Positions 25,156 to 37,200 of a stretch of DNA of 64,000 nt are shown here, one piece after another. Positions within the stretch are counted from its first letter, which is position 1. Each line of letters starts with the position of its first letter. The stretch covers positions 82,708,001 through 82,772,000 of the forward strand of contig NC_087436.1 in NCBI RefSeq assembly GCF_036321535.1. Direction: 5' to 3'. The DNA is from Camelus dromedarius (Eukaryota). Made by a program: the position numbers and the translations under genes. The notes beneath the pieces are model-generated. The model made no database searches. It had not been told where the DNA came from and saw only the letters and a program-made list of their open reading frames with translations.

Positions 25156-25199
25156 GTCCATTAACTTTTATTTCTTAAGTTTTCTCTGCTTAGGTAAGG

Positions 25200-26300
25200 A
25201 AGACGGATGCTATTTACTGAGTAGATCCTCAAAATCGCAATACATTAACTCATATAAAGAGGGAGATTAATTAACGATAAAAGGCGCAATTTAAGGAATT
25301 GCATGATTATACCACGCAGTTTAGGAACTAAATATATTAAATCAAACTATTAGAAAACAAAGAAAATGTGGTAAAAATATGATCATAGTTAAAGATTTAA
25401 TATACTTTCCTGGAATAAGATGGTTACTATAGCCAAAAACTTTAAACAAAAACATGGAAAAACTGAGCATCCTTCCAACAGAGATTTACATTTTGTACTT
25501 CTCTATGGAACATTTACAAAAATTAACTGTGTGCTTAGTCACAAAAAAAATTAAAACCTAAAGATTTAGGGATTTTATAGCTTACATTCAATTAGCATAA
25601 TCTAATAAAAATTAGAAATAAATAATGAAAGAAGCTCCCACCAAAATCTTAACTGTATAAATATGAAGAAGCATGATTCTGGGAAATTCTTAGACCAAAC
25701 AGGAAATCAAACTAGAAATTACATAAAGAGAACAATGAAGAGGAATCCCCTTATTTTGAAAACCAATGGGGACTTGGAAGAAAATTTATAGCTGGGGTTG
25801 ACTTCATTTTTTAAAGAAGAAAAACCTAAAGAAAAAAAAAGGAGCAAAGTACTCATGTTAAAAAATTAGAAAAAGAAGCACAAAATAATGCAAAGTTATT
25901 AGGCAGGTGGAATTTTAAAAATAAAAAAGTGAAAATAATAAAACAGAATAAAATACTAGAAAGGAAAAATAAGTACATGTGCAGTTTTTTCCAAAAGACC
26001 AATGAGACAGCTAACCCATTCTCAGGTGAGCATGATTTAGAAAGAGTGAGGGGGAGAAAAATAAACCACATTAAGAAAGAGAAGTCAGTTATAGCCACAG
26101 ATACAGGAAAGATTAAGTCTATAGTGACAAAATCGAAAATCTATAGAAAATCAACTGCTTACTAGCTAAATATAAATTACACACTTATCTAAGAATAAAT
26201 ATAAAACTCAAAATTATCAATTAGCTGAGAGATGTTAAACGGGCATTTAAATATACACCATTGAAAAAGGCAGCAAGACCAGGAAGGCTCAAAGCTGAAT
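25200..26300 (+). mobile_element. Old L1 ORF2 fragments
   Basis: A-rich text with ggaacatttacaaaaattaactgtgtgcttagtcacaaa and gcagttttttccaaaagaccaatgagacagctaacccattc, resembling the L1 ORF2 EN end and linker. Confidence 0.6.
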
Positions 26301-26856
26301 TATAGTTTTTATTTATTGTTGAGTAAAATACATAGGGTGTGTGGTTACAGGGGACTCATTTTATAATAATGTTTGTAAAAGAAAAATGATAAGAAAAATT
26401 TATATGTATTGTATAGTAGATACACGACAATATAGGATTCTACAAGTGTGGTGAGGAATTGGAATATATATACTAAGTTGTTATGTGAGAGCACGGGATA
26501 TGTGGGTGAGGGAGGAGCAGGTGATGAATATGAGGGAAGGGGAACATGTTGCAAAAACGCAACAACAACAACAAAAAGAGAGAGACTGTACTTAAAATAA
26601 CCACATTATGCATTCATGTGAAATTATTCCCATGTATAATAAGTAAAAATTAAAAAAAGAAAGAAGATGACAGAGCCTACTGCCTGAAGGCAGAACATGG
26701 CATTAAGTCCACCTGGGAACAATCCCAGCTTCTAGTCCCAGCTCCAGCCTTGCTTCTGCCTTTTTCCTTTTTCTGATTTTTTAGTTCCAACATAAGCTGG
26801 TTTGAATTTCCACACATAGGGGGGAGATGGGAGCACCTCCAGGAAGGTGGAAGTAG

Positions 26857-27444
26857 TGTTGTTGGTGATTAAGTTCTTGTCTCGCTGCAGGAAGAATTCA
26901 GAGATGAGAAAGGGAATTTAAGTAAAGTGGGGAATTATTAAAGGATGGACAGTCCATTCTCAAGAGGAGAGCGGGCAGGCTCAGGTGAGCCTTGTGTTTC
27001 TTTGATAAGTTGGTTACATAGGGTGTAAAAATGAATGGGGGGGGGGATATTCATTGGAGATGGAAGGGTTTGGGGTCATATTACCTGATTTTCATCCCAA
27101 CTCCACCTTCCCAAAAGGAGGAGGGATTTTTGTCCTTATTTAGTCTGGATCAGAAGTGTCATGGTGTCGGTGCATGATGGGTACTTCTAATCTGCAAGGC
27201 TAATTTTATTGAAATGAGGGCATAATGAGCAAAAGGTTACATTCAGACACTGGAGAGCCCAAAATGTGTAACACTTATCAGCCCAGAGGTTCCTGCTTTT
27301 CTTTCTCTGCCCAGGGACCCTTGTTGCTTACATGATGTAGGGTTTCCTGCATTTGGCCCCTGCCCCTCCTTTTTGCCCGGTTCCTGCCATGTGGCCTGCG
27401 TCCTCCTTTCTCTGCTCATATCTAGTTATTTGCCTGCTCTAACG
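26857..27444 (-). mobile_element. ERV1-class solo LTR
   Basis: Starts tgttgttggtgattaagttcttgtctcgctgc and ends gcctgctctaacg; candidate 4-bp TSD gtag/atag (3/4); sharp compositional change against flanks. Confidence 0.7.
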
Positions 27445-27479
27445 ATAGTGTGAATATGAAACAGTCATGAAGTGCTTAA

Positions 27480-27630
27480 TTGTGTGACTTTCCTTCTGGG
27501 CTGTAATGTTTCAGAACAACATGGAGGTGATGGTTGCACAATATTGTGAATGCACTAAATGCTACTGAATTGTAAAATTTCAAATAGCTTTATGTAGAGT
27601 AAACTTCACCTCAATTTTAAAAAAGGCATA
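27480..27630 (+). mobile_element. L1MB-type 3' end
   Basis: ggtgatggttgcacaatattgtgaatgcactaaatgctactgaattgt...cacctcaattttaaaaaa. Confidence 0.8.
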
Positions 27631-28666
27631 AAGAATGTTACGGGCAAATATATTCTGAATGCTCTTTCTGAGCTTAACTCAAGAGTCACAGCCATTTGGA
27701 ATACTACACCAGGGAATAAACTCTCCACAGCAGCTGTAGAAATGTATGCTCTGAATTGACATCTTGAAGCTATAGAGGGTCCTCAGATTTCTTGTGTCAG
27801 ACCAGAGGCCACACTTCAATTTACAAGCTCTTTTCCACGCACTAAGTTAAAATTCAGTCCTTAGCTCACCACTTTTAAACCAATAGCCAAAGAAAAAGGA
27901 TAGTTTCCTCTCAGAGTAGTTCCTTCAGTGGTACTCACCTGCATGCCAACTTGATGTTGTTCCCTCCCACCACTGCAGTAACTGAAAATAAATCTGTCTA
28001 CGACACAAGCACTACAATACCGATCGTAACACTTCCTAACTTCCACTCTACTCTGTTGTCTCAAACACAGATGATTTCCCTGAAAGCCTTTGTTACACAT
28101 CAACTTACCACAGTAACTCTTTCAGCAAGAAAAAGTAACGTGTAAGTTAATCATAATGGAAAATCTACTGCAAATGAAAACTAAATGCCATTTATTGATC
28201 CAACAACTCCAATCCAGGTCCTTGAACTTTCCTCTTTTTCCTAACATTTTTGTCTATTTGAGCTTCCTCATATAATTTTGATTTCATTAGTTAAAATTCT
28301 TTCTTTCCATACTTGTAACATCCTCGCTTCCATTTGCTTTCACCGCATTCATCCTACGTCCTGCCAATCCAACATGCGATTTTACTGTCTGGCTTCTCCA
28401 CTCCTACATCTGAGTTTTGAGTGCTTCTGGAAAAGTAACATAAAAATCATAGATTGATGTAATCACAACTCTTGCGTCTGTTAGACACATTTCCAATGTT
28501 GGAGTTGGAGTTGAGTTCTTGGCAAACAAGGTACATCCAACCTGAGGTTAAGGAAGAACAGAAATCAAGTATCTTGCAGAACAGACAAGAGAGGAGAGAT
28601 CACATGGAAAGAAAGATGTAGACCAAGTCAGAGAGATAGTGAGGCTGCCTCTGACATTCCAGTTTT

Positions 28667-28857
28667 TTTTTTAATTGAAGTATAGTCGATTTACCATGTT
28701 GTGTTAATTTCTGGTGTACAGCATAGTAATTCAGTGATATATATAACTGAATATATATATTCCTTTTCATATTCTTTTTCATTATAGGCCTTTACAAGGT
28801 ATTGAATATAGTTCCCTGTGCTATACAGTAAGACCTTGTTGTTTATCTATTTTATAT
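28667..28857 (-). mobile_element. 5'-truncated L1 3' end (191 bp) with perfect 15-bp TSD
   Basis: Poly-T then aattgaagtatagtcgatttacc...gttccctgtgctatacagtaagaccttgttgtttatc; TSD TGACATTCCAGTTTT at 28652-28666 and 28858-28872. Confidence 0.95.
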
Positions 28858-31219
28858 TGACATTCCAGTTTTGCTGTGTTACTCTACAGCTCCCCTTGTT
28901 TTTGAGGTAGCTTGAGAGAATTTGTTCTTTGAAAACAAATAATGCTTCACAAACTATGGGCCCACCCTTCCAGACACTTAAGTTTCTGCACCTGCCACAC
29001 TGTCTATGCCCAAGTTCACGCTGCTGGACAATAGGGTTTTCACTGGCCATCACTTTCTCAACTAATTTATGCATTTGCATTATAATATAACTTTTCTATT
29101 TAGCATTTTCTCACCAGACTGCAAGCTCCAGTTTGTCTTCTTTATTTCTTTTTATGGCCTTGGATGTCTAGCCTAGAAGTGTCCGACCATATTCAGAGTA
29201 GATGGCCTCTAGATACTTGCTGAATGAGTCAACAAATGAATAAAGGACTCCTTCTTTACTTGTCTTCAGAAAGATGACAATAGCTAGAAGCTCTAGAGTC
29301 TTTGGACACTCAGGATAAGACATGAGAAAGGGGGAAGCCCAAATGAAGGACACATTGGCCTTGCTTCCATCAAGACTCACAGGCAGACGTGAGAATAGGC
29401 CAACAGAATGAGCCCCTCCTGAGGCCAGAACAGGAGGCGAGCAGGCGTGTTCTCCCAGGTCTCCAGGGCTCCCCGTCCCATTTGCCCCTCTGCCCAGCCA
29501 TGCACATTCGGAGGGTATCAAAATTAAGCCGAGCAGAAATATCTAATTATATTTACATCTTACAGGCAGGGGGAAATATATTTGCAGAGCCAAACATTGT
29601 TTTACCAGTAACCTTACTACCTGCAATCTAAAGGACATCACATGCGTTTTTTGTTTTGTTTGCCTTGCTTATTTCTGGGATTGTGGTTTCTCTTTAGAAT
29701 AGCTCTAGGGTGGAAACGTGGTGAATACTCCTGAGTTATTAAAACCACCACTGCAGTCTTCACATTCAAACGTGGCAAATATGAAAGGTGACGCCCATTT
29801 CACCAAGCTATGAAAATATTTGGGGGCTCAAATAAGAGGAAAGAAGCCTTTACATACATTCAACAAATGCCTCAAAGCAATCCAACCCTTTGCTCTTCAA
29901 AGTTTTGGGCATCAACTTTGTTTTAAGAGAAACATCATGGGGCTGCACCTTTATTTGGCTAAATACATGGTTTTAAGACATTAAGCTAGTCATTTACAGG
30001 TTTCTGCCTAAAAGTTCAACCACATTTTAAGCATGAAACTTTGTGGTTCATGAGTTAACAAGATGCCACCAAAGAAAACACTGCTGCATGGGGTGTTGCT
30101 CTTGAGATGCTTGGAAACGGCAGATGGTGGTGGGTTCCCTGTGGCCTCTGCATTTGAAAGCACTGGTTTGCTAATGGTTGGTTTCAGGCTACAGTGGTCC
30201 ATAAACTGTTTTGTTCTTTTTCTATGGTCTGTGAATGATATGCCTCAAGAGATGGTAGCTGATTTTGTTTTTCATTTTCCTCCCTAGTTTTCTCACTAAA
30301 ATGTCTAATTAGTGAAAAGGCAACATATTTATAGATATAATAAAACAGTAGAGGAAAGACTATTTTAAATATATACACAACATGTTATGTTTAAATACAC
30401 ACACACACATACATCTAAAGGATACTTTAAATTCACGCACATGCCATTCAGAAAACTATACTGTTACATTTCCCTTGAGCATGATGAAAGTGAAATGACA
30501 TACGAACAGCAAATATTTTGAGATATTTTAAGATAAAGGAATATATGTATGCAAAAATACTAAAAGGAATGTTTACTGTTACGTTTCAGTAATATAAGAT
30601 CTAAGAAGTGAAATATATTGAAGACTCACAATAGCAGACACTCCATACGCACCATCTTATTGCTCATAAGAACTTTAAAATAAGTATCATGATCCTCATA
30701 TTAAAAATAGGGAAACTGAGGCTAAGAGAACATAAAATGAGTTTTAATTCTAATGAAAGATGTATGAATGGTTATGCCAGTAATTTCTAAATTTGAAATT
30801 TGCTCTTACAGCATTATTTTAAAGCAATAATATAATAAACATTAGTGACACAATATTTTGAATGACAACACTAATGCTCTCTAGTCCAATCTGATTTCCA
30901 AAATCCTTAATAGAAAAGCTCAAACCAGGAGTTAATGGAGACTGAAAAGAAAAGTCCTGGAATCAGGAAAACAAGAGAAAAAGTAATGTATTCTGCAAGG
31001 CTACAGAACATAATATAAAGATATTATGATAAATAATAAATGAGAAAAAATGTTTTATAGAGTCATTCAGTAAATTGTGTTGTAGATAAAAATAATGAAA
31101 TATAAAAGTTAATTTGAGATTAATATTGTATTTTTCTACATTCAATACAAGATTCCAATTATCAGTAAGAATTGGCCACCTAAGAAAATGAAAATGTAAG
31201 TTATTAGGGACAGCAGTTA

Positions 31220-31323
31220 TTTTTTAAAATTGAAATACAGTTAACGTACAATGTTATGTTGGTTTCAGGTGCATTACACAGTGACTTGACATTTGCCTAC
31301 ATTATGAAATGATCACTACGATA
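31220..31323 (-). mobile_element. L1 3' end (Laurasiatherian type)
   Basis: ttgaaatacagttaacgtacaatgttatgttggtttcaggtg...tatgaaatgatcactacgata. Confidence 0.75.
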
Positions 31324-31329
31324 GGGACC

Positions 31330-31830
31330 AATAATTATTGGTTACACCTGCAATGCTTTATACATTTCCCAGGCTGTCAAACAAGAAGTGAGATCTCCAT
31401 TCTCACAAAAATTTACAGCAGGTATGTTTTCGAACTCAAACTGTAGTTCCAGTAGCATTTTCGGGCCTCGATGGAAGTATAAAGGAAATACTTATATTTC
31501 AAAATTTATTTAACAACCACAAAAAATTCATTTAACTAATGAAATTGAGAAGCTTCCATTTAACTTCAATTGAAGGTGATTAATCGGCAATGGAATGACA
31601 GGATAAAAGGCCAATATCAAGAGACAAATCTAACAGAATTCTATAAATGCCTTCCAAGTAATGAATATACTCAACTAAAATCACATGCTAATGGGCTTAT
31701 ATCAGCATTTGGCTGGGTCTATCTGTGTGAAAAAACATTTTCAACCATAAAATACGTAAAATCTCGTTTCATTAACACATGTCCCTTTTCAGTCAATTTT
31801 AGTAATAGAGAACATCAACATTGAACATTG
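31330..31830 (+). mobile_element. hAT (Charlie-type) transposase remnant, C-terminal dimerisation region; non-functional
   Basis: ORF 31570..31824 reads ...EFYKCLPSNEYTQLKSHANGLISAFGWVYLCEKTFSTIKYVKS, containing the hAT FGSTYLCExxFS motif; the upstream part is frameshifted. Confidence 0.8.
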
Positions 31831-31979
31831 TGCAAAATTTAAGGGAAGGATCATGAAATGGGATTTTTATTTATTAAGCCGCTAATGTTAAGAGTTTATC
31901 CACCAGAGTATGTGTAATTTATTGCATCAATTTGCCTTACGTAAGTTCAACCACAGAATCACCTACTTAAAACAAAACA

Positions 31980-32110
31980 AAAATTTTTTTCTTTTTTCAT
32001 TAAGGTATAATTGGCATACAACATTATATTAGTTTCAGATGTACAACATTATGATTTGATATTAATACGTATTTTGAAATGATCATCACAGTAAGTCTAG
32101 TTAACATCCA
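31980..32110 (-). mobile_element. L1 3' end (Laurasiatherian type)
   Basis: aaggtataattggcatacaacattatattagtttcagatgtacaacat...gaaatgatcatcacagtaagtctagttaacatcca. Confidence 0.8.
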
Positions 32111-32639
32111 ACACAATTTTTTAAAATTTAAATCACCCCACTATCTATAGGATATGAGCTAGTACTCAAATTACAACCTCAATATATTTTGTCTCATTAT
32201 GATACATAAATTATGCTATCTCTGATTATATTTTATACAAATTAAATTTTGTATGATTTTAACTAGCACATCCTGTTTAATTTTTATATCTATCACACTG
32301 GGAATTATTTTATCTTATAGAATGACTGAGGCTCAGAGTGGTCAATTAATTTGTCTTAAGTTACTGGGACAGAATTTAACCCAAATATGTGTGTCTCGAA
32401 GTATGTCTTTTCACAGTCTAACTCTAACTGATGTCTACTTACTCCCATGACAGCTTCCAGCGCAGCTGAGCTGAAGTGCTCTGAGCTGATGTGAGAGCAG
32501 AAAAGGGTTAAACCCTTGGTGTGCTCAGTGTTCCCCCTGGTTACAGACCCTATTAAATGCATTGCACTGGCCCTGGGCCATCTCCTTTATACTCTGATTT
32601 TACTCAAGGTAGCCACTTAATTAAAGTTTAAGTATCGAT

Positions 32640-33070
32640 GCTCTGACTTCATTATAACATAAAGTGAAAATTAAAATCCACAAAAAGATGGGTACACCAA
32701 TGTTTACTGTAGCTTTTGTCATGACCGAAAAAAATTAGAAACAAATCAAGTGTCCATCAACAAGAGTATGAATAATCAAATCATGGTATATTTATACAAT
32801 GGAATACCACACATCAAGAGGAACAATGAACTACTGTTACTTGATCAAAATGGATGGGTATAGAAAGTATTATACTCAATGAAAGAAGTCAGACACAAAA
32901 GAAGACTTACTGTACAATTCTGTTTCTATAAAGTTCAAGAGATGGCAAAACTAATCTATGGGATAAAAATCAGAATAGTGGTTGCCTCTGGAAGACAGAA
33001 GGAATAGACTAGAAAAGAAGATGAAAGGATATTTAGAGTACTGGAAATACCCTATGTGTTGATTTGGGTA
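32640..33070 (+). mobile_element. L1MB/ME-type 3' region
   Basis: aagtgtccatcaac; ggtatatttatacaatggaatacc; gaaagaagtcagacacaaaag; gcaaaactaatctatgggataaaaatcagaatagtggttgcctctgg. Confidence 0.8.
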
Positions 33071-33107
33071 CAAAAAGTGGTGATGGCCACAGTCAAGAAA
33101 GGCAAAC

Positions 33108-33300
33108 CAAGCACAGGGAAATATATACAAGATCTTGTGGTAGCCCATGGTGAAAAAGAATGTGAAAATGAATATACATATATTCATGTATGAATGAAAA
33201 ATTGTGCTCTACACCAGAAATTGACACAACATTGTAAACTGACTATAACACAATAAAAAAGAAATAAATAAAAATTAATTAATTAATTAAAAAAAATAAA
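33108..33300 (+). mobile_element. Younger L1 3' end (camelid-like) with A-rich tail
   Basis: cacagggaaatatatacaagatcttgtggtagcccatggtgaaaaagaatgtg...ctacaccagaaattgacacaacattgtaaactgactataac plus tail. Confidence 0.85.
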
Positions 33301-33309
33301 GAGTGGGAC

Positions 33310-33445
33310 TAGGTTCCCATCAGCCACGATCCAACTGTGCGGCCTTGGGTAAATTCCTTAACATCTCTGTTCATTAGTTGTTTAATTTGTAAAACGAGGA
33401 CTAAAAGAGTCTGTTTCTGAGGATTGTTAAGAGGATTAAATGAGA
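33310..33445 (-). mobile_element. MIR SINE
   Basis: ggccttgggtaaattccttaacatctctgtt...tttgtaaaacgagg...tgaggattgttaagaggattaaatgaga. Confidence 0.75.
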
Positions 33446-34205
33446 TATATATGTTAAAAAAAAAGAAAAGAAAAGAAAAGAAAGGCATATCAGAGCTCAG
33501 AAAGAAGGTACACCCAGCAGTGGTAATTTGACAATGCAAGTCATACCAGAGAATGACGTGTTTCTTTATTTTGAAACACTATGCAGGGGGCATAGTAAAC
33601 AATAAATGCAAGATGAAAGATTCCACCATCACAGGACCCGTTGCAAAGGGATGTGCAGACTTGTGGTCCAAGATGCATCCAATGTTGGCAGCATTGCATG
33701 GTTCCTCACTGTATTTGTAAAAAAATAGAATTATTTGCTTCTAATGTTTGCCTTCTAGCTCTTTTCTACATTTCACCCGTCTTGACACTTGCCTCCTTTG
33801 CAAAATGAAACTAAGTGCAGACTCTGGGCATGTGTAAAAATAAAGAAAGAAACAGTCTTTGCAAGAAAAAAAAAAAGACCTATGTAGTTTACTATATGCA
33901 TTTATAGCTTAACTAAAAGGAAAAAAAAAAAGTTTGTTAAAGCCTCAAGGTTGCTCTATATTCTAATACTACTTTAAGCCCTAACAGCTTTGAACCCATG
34001 CTAAGTGCAACTGAGCATGTTTAATTTACTGCATCAACCCTGCCTCATACGGACACAACCACAGAACCATTGGCCAAAGCATGGTACAATTCAGAGGGAA
34101 AACAATAAGAAAAAGTACTCTTCTGAGTTAGATGGTCTACAGAGTTTAATTTAAAAAAGCACCATAGTTGTCCATGCAGTGGATGCTGCAGTGACTATTA
34201 TTCTC

Positions 34206-34245
<40 letters not shown>
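34206..34245. repeat. Compound microsatellite (TG)11(TA)9
   Basis: Read directly from the sequence. Confidence 0.95.
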
Positions 34246-37200
34246 GGCATCTGAAAGCTTCAAGTGCGATCACAAGTTTTTTCCTTACTGTGAGTGTTAA
34301 AAATGTAATTCTACTTGTAGAGCCTATAACTTTGGTATGGTTCTAAAGAATAATGTGAATGTGAATGTGCTGGTAAGATAAGAGAAGAAAACTTGTAGTA
34401 AGAGGCAGGAAAATTGATTTCCAATCCTCTGGAAATGAAACCAATTCATGTGTTTTGGAGTTGGTGGAAGTATTTTTCACAGGGCTAAAACAATGAAAAA
34501 AATATCTCTCATCTCTACTAAATTCACATTTAACACCCATACTGGAATCTTAAAAAAGCTTCCTGGAAGTGTGTTTATTTTATTTAGTTTTGATAAGTTT
34601 GCTATCTGTTCTTTGAGAAAGAAAAAAATGTCAAGTGAAGAAATACTATGAAAGGCATTGTTTGATGGTTTCCTTAAGCATCTTGTGCCACAAGTGAGCT
34701 TCCTTCATCCTCTTCACAAAGAAATTATGGACAAATTTCTTGTTTTAATTTTATTGAGATATCATTCTACCTTTTTATTGGGAATCTTTGTATCCCCAGC
34801 ATTCATCTGGCACTGTTCCTAATACATAGTAGGTGATGAAAACAATGGATGGTTGGATGGATGGATAAGAAACTTTGGAGAGTCTATTGCTTGCAGCATC
34901 ACAGATGTACGAAGAGAAAAACTGGCTTCTATTACTACTGACTCATAGAAATATCAATTTGGAACCTTATGAAAAAACTGAAATTAAGAGGCTACCAATC
35001 TTCTACTTCAAAGAGTGCCTTTGTGGCCATTAGGAAGACAAGTAAGTCTACAGACTTTTGGTGTACGGAATATTATTGCTTAACAAGAATATGTTTTAGA
35101 AAATTATAATCTCTCTTCAAATTTTGGGACAAATGGCTAGATTGAATTAACCAAACTCTCCTGAAATACGAATTTTATTTTAGGAAACAAATGAAGCAAC
35201 AAATTTCTCCCACCAGTGTCATGGAAGAGCTTCATGAAGTTCTGAATTTTCTGTGCCTTTCTTATGATTAGGTGCAGTGAAGTGTTCAGTTTCTCTTAGA
35301 CCTGTCTTTTTCTGCCACTATCTTTGCTCACACCTCCCACCCCCATCCCCCTACCCCAGCTATCACTGGTACTATGTTTGAAACTTCTCTGTGGGCCCCA
35401 GAGCTGGAAAGTGGTCCCTTAGCCATCCTATACCTCATTTGATACACTGTGCTCCATTCTTTGCAGTTCTTTAGATTTGGTTGCTCTCAAATAACCTGTT
35501 CTTTTGTGAAGCCCCTGTTTAGTCCTAAATAGAATCTACCACCAAATTTAAAATATCCAAATCCATAGGGAACTTCTGTCTCTCATGGTGGCCAACACTC
35601 CTTCCACCACAAACACCAAATCTGTTCTCTCCTGGGTGGCGGCTTCTCACTGTTTGACACGGTAACATCAACAGAAGCAAAGACTCTGCCCATTTACCTT
35701 AAAGTATGAACTTGAATATGGAGCAGGCGCTCTTGAGCTATTACAGGAAAACATAATTACAAGGAGGACCTGGCTCTGGTTTTGAATCAGCCAGAAATTG
35801 TAGGCAAATCCCTTGACCCCCACCCTGGACATAAAGCCACAAGACCAAGGGGAGGGCAGCATCTCCTGATGCCAGCTCAACAGAGTTAAAGAATAATAAG
35901 AAGTTCATGTGTTTTAAAAGATTTTCTAACCTTGTTGAATTGGCTCACAAAACTTGAATTCTAATGGGCTATAATTGTCCTATTTTCCTTTTCCTATTGG
36001 GAATACTGAATCTGGCTTATTTTGGCTGTTATTTAATTTTACATTTCTACCAAAGAATAACTCTTTCTAGGTTTTTAGATATTTCTATCTAAAAAGGTCA
36101 AAACCTCCACATTTTTGTATATAGAGATTATTGTTCCAAAAGAGAGACTTTGTCAGACATCAGGGGAAAACAGGCAGTTCAACATTTTTTGATGGCGATG
36201 GTAATGACAGTGACAAAAGATCATGTTTTCCAGAATAGTTAAATTTCTTGCTTAATCTGATTTATTTTATTTCTGACTTGGCCTATTATTTAACTTGTCA
36301 TCACTTTTTTCCACCTGACTTTATTATAAATTGTTTTAAATTTTTTCAGATTTTAAAAATTGAGAAGAGACATGTCATCTTATCCTTTGCCTCAGAGCAT
36401 GGCTGTGACTGGAGAATATAAGGTATAAATAACCATCTTGGGTTTTAAAGTCTTGCTAAGAAATGCATTTCTTATGCATTAAAATTTTGAATCTAAATAA
36501 TTTATATTTTATTCTCAGGGAAGTGCATAAAGTTAAGAGGAGGAAAGAATTTAATGTGTCTAGCTCAAATTTTGGTATAGCAGGAAGAATTCATCCTCAG
36601 TAACAAAGGTTACATACAAGAAAATTGGTATTTCAGTCAGGTACCCTGTATTCAGTAAGTTCTTTCTATATGTGCAGTACTATGACAGCAATACAGAGTT
36701 ACTTGGAAATAGAAAAAAGCAATGAATTAACTAGAAAATACCAAAGGAAGACAGAAAAAACCCTAAAACCCTAGACATTTTTAGAACCGAGGATCTAGAT
36801 CAAAGCTCAGATAAGAGGAAAAACTCAGCTGCAAGAAAATGACACATACATACATCATTCTTCCAAAAGGGATAAACTTGCTTGGAATGCACTGGGCCAG
36901 AGGTATCCCTAAGAATCCACACTGAACACATTCAACTAAAAAATGCTAAAGTAAATCCCAATAAATGTCCACTAAATGACCAGCTGGCCTCAGATGTCCA
37001 ATGGCTGTTGTAACCTTTACGGTTGATGCAATAGAATGAGCCATATCCTACAAAATTACAACAAGACCACAACTAAAGACTGGCAGTGATTTGTTTTTTG
37101 TGGAATCACAAACTGTTATTATTGCAGATCATTGCAGAAGGTCCAAGGCTATGGGAAACCTAAGGAACACCAAAAATACAACCCCAGCTAGTAACTAAAA

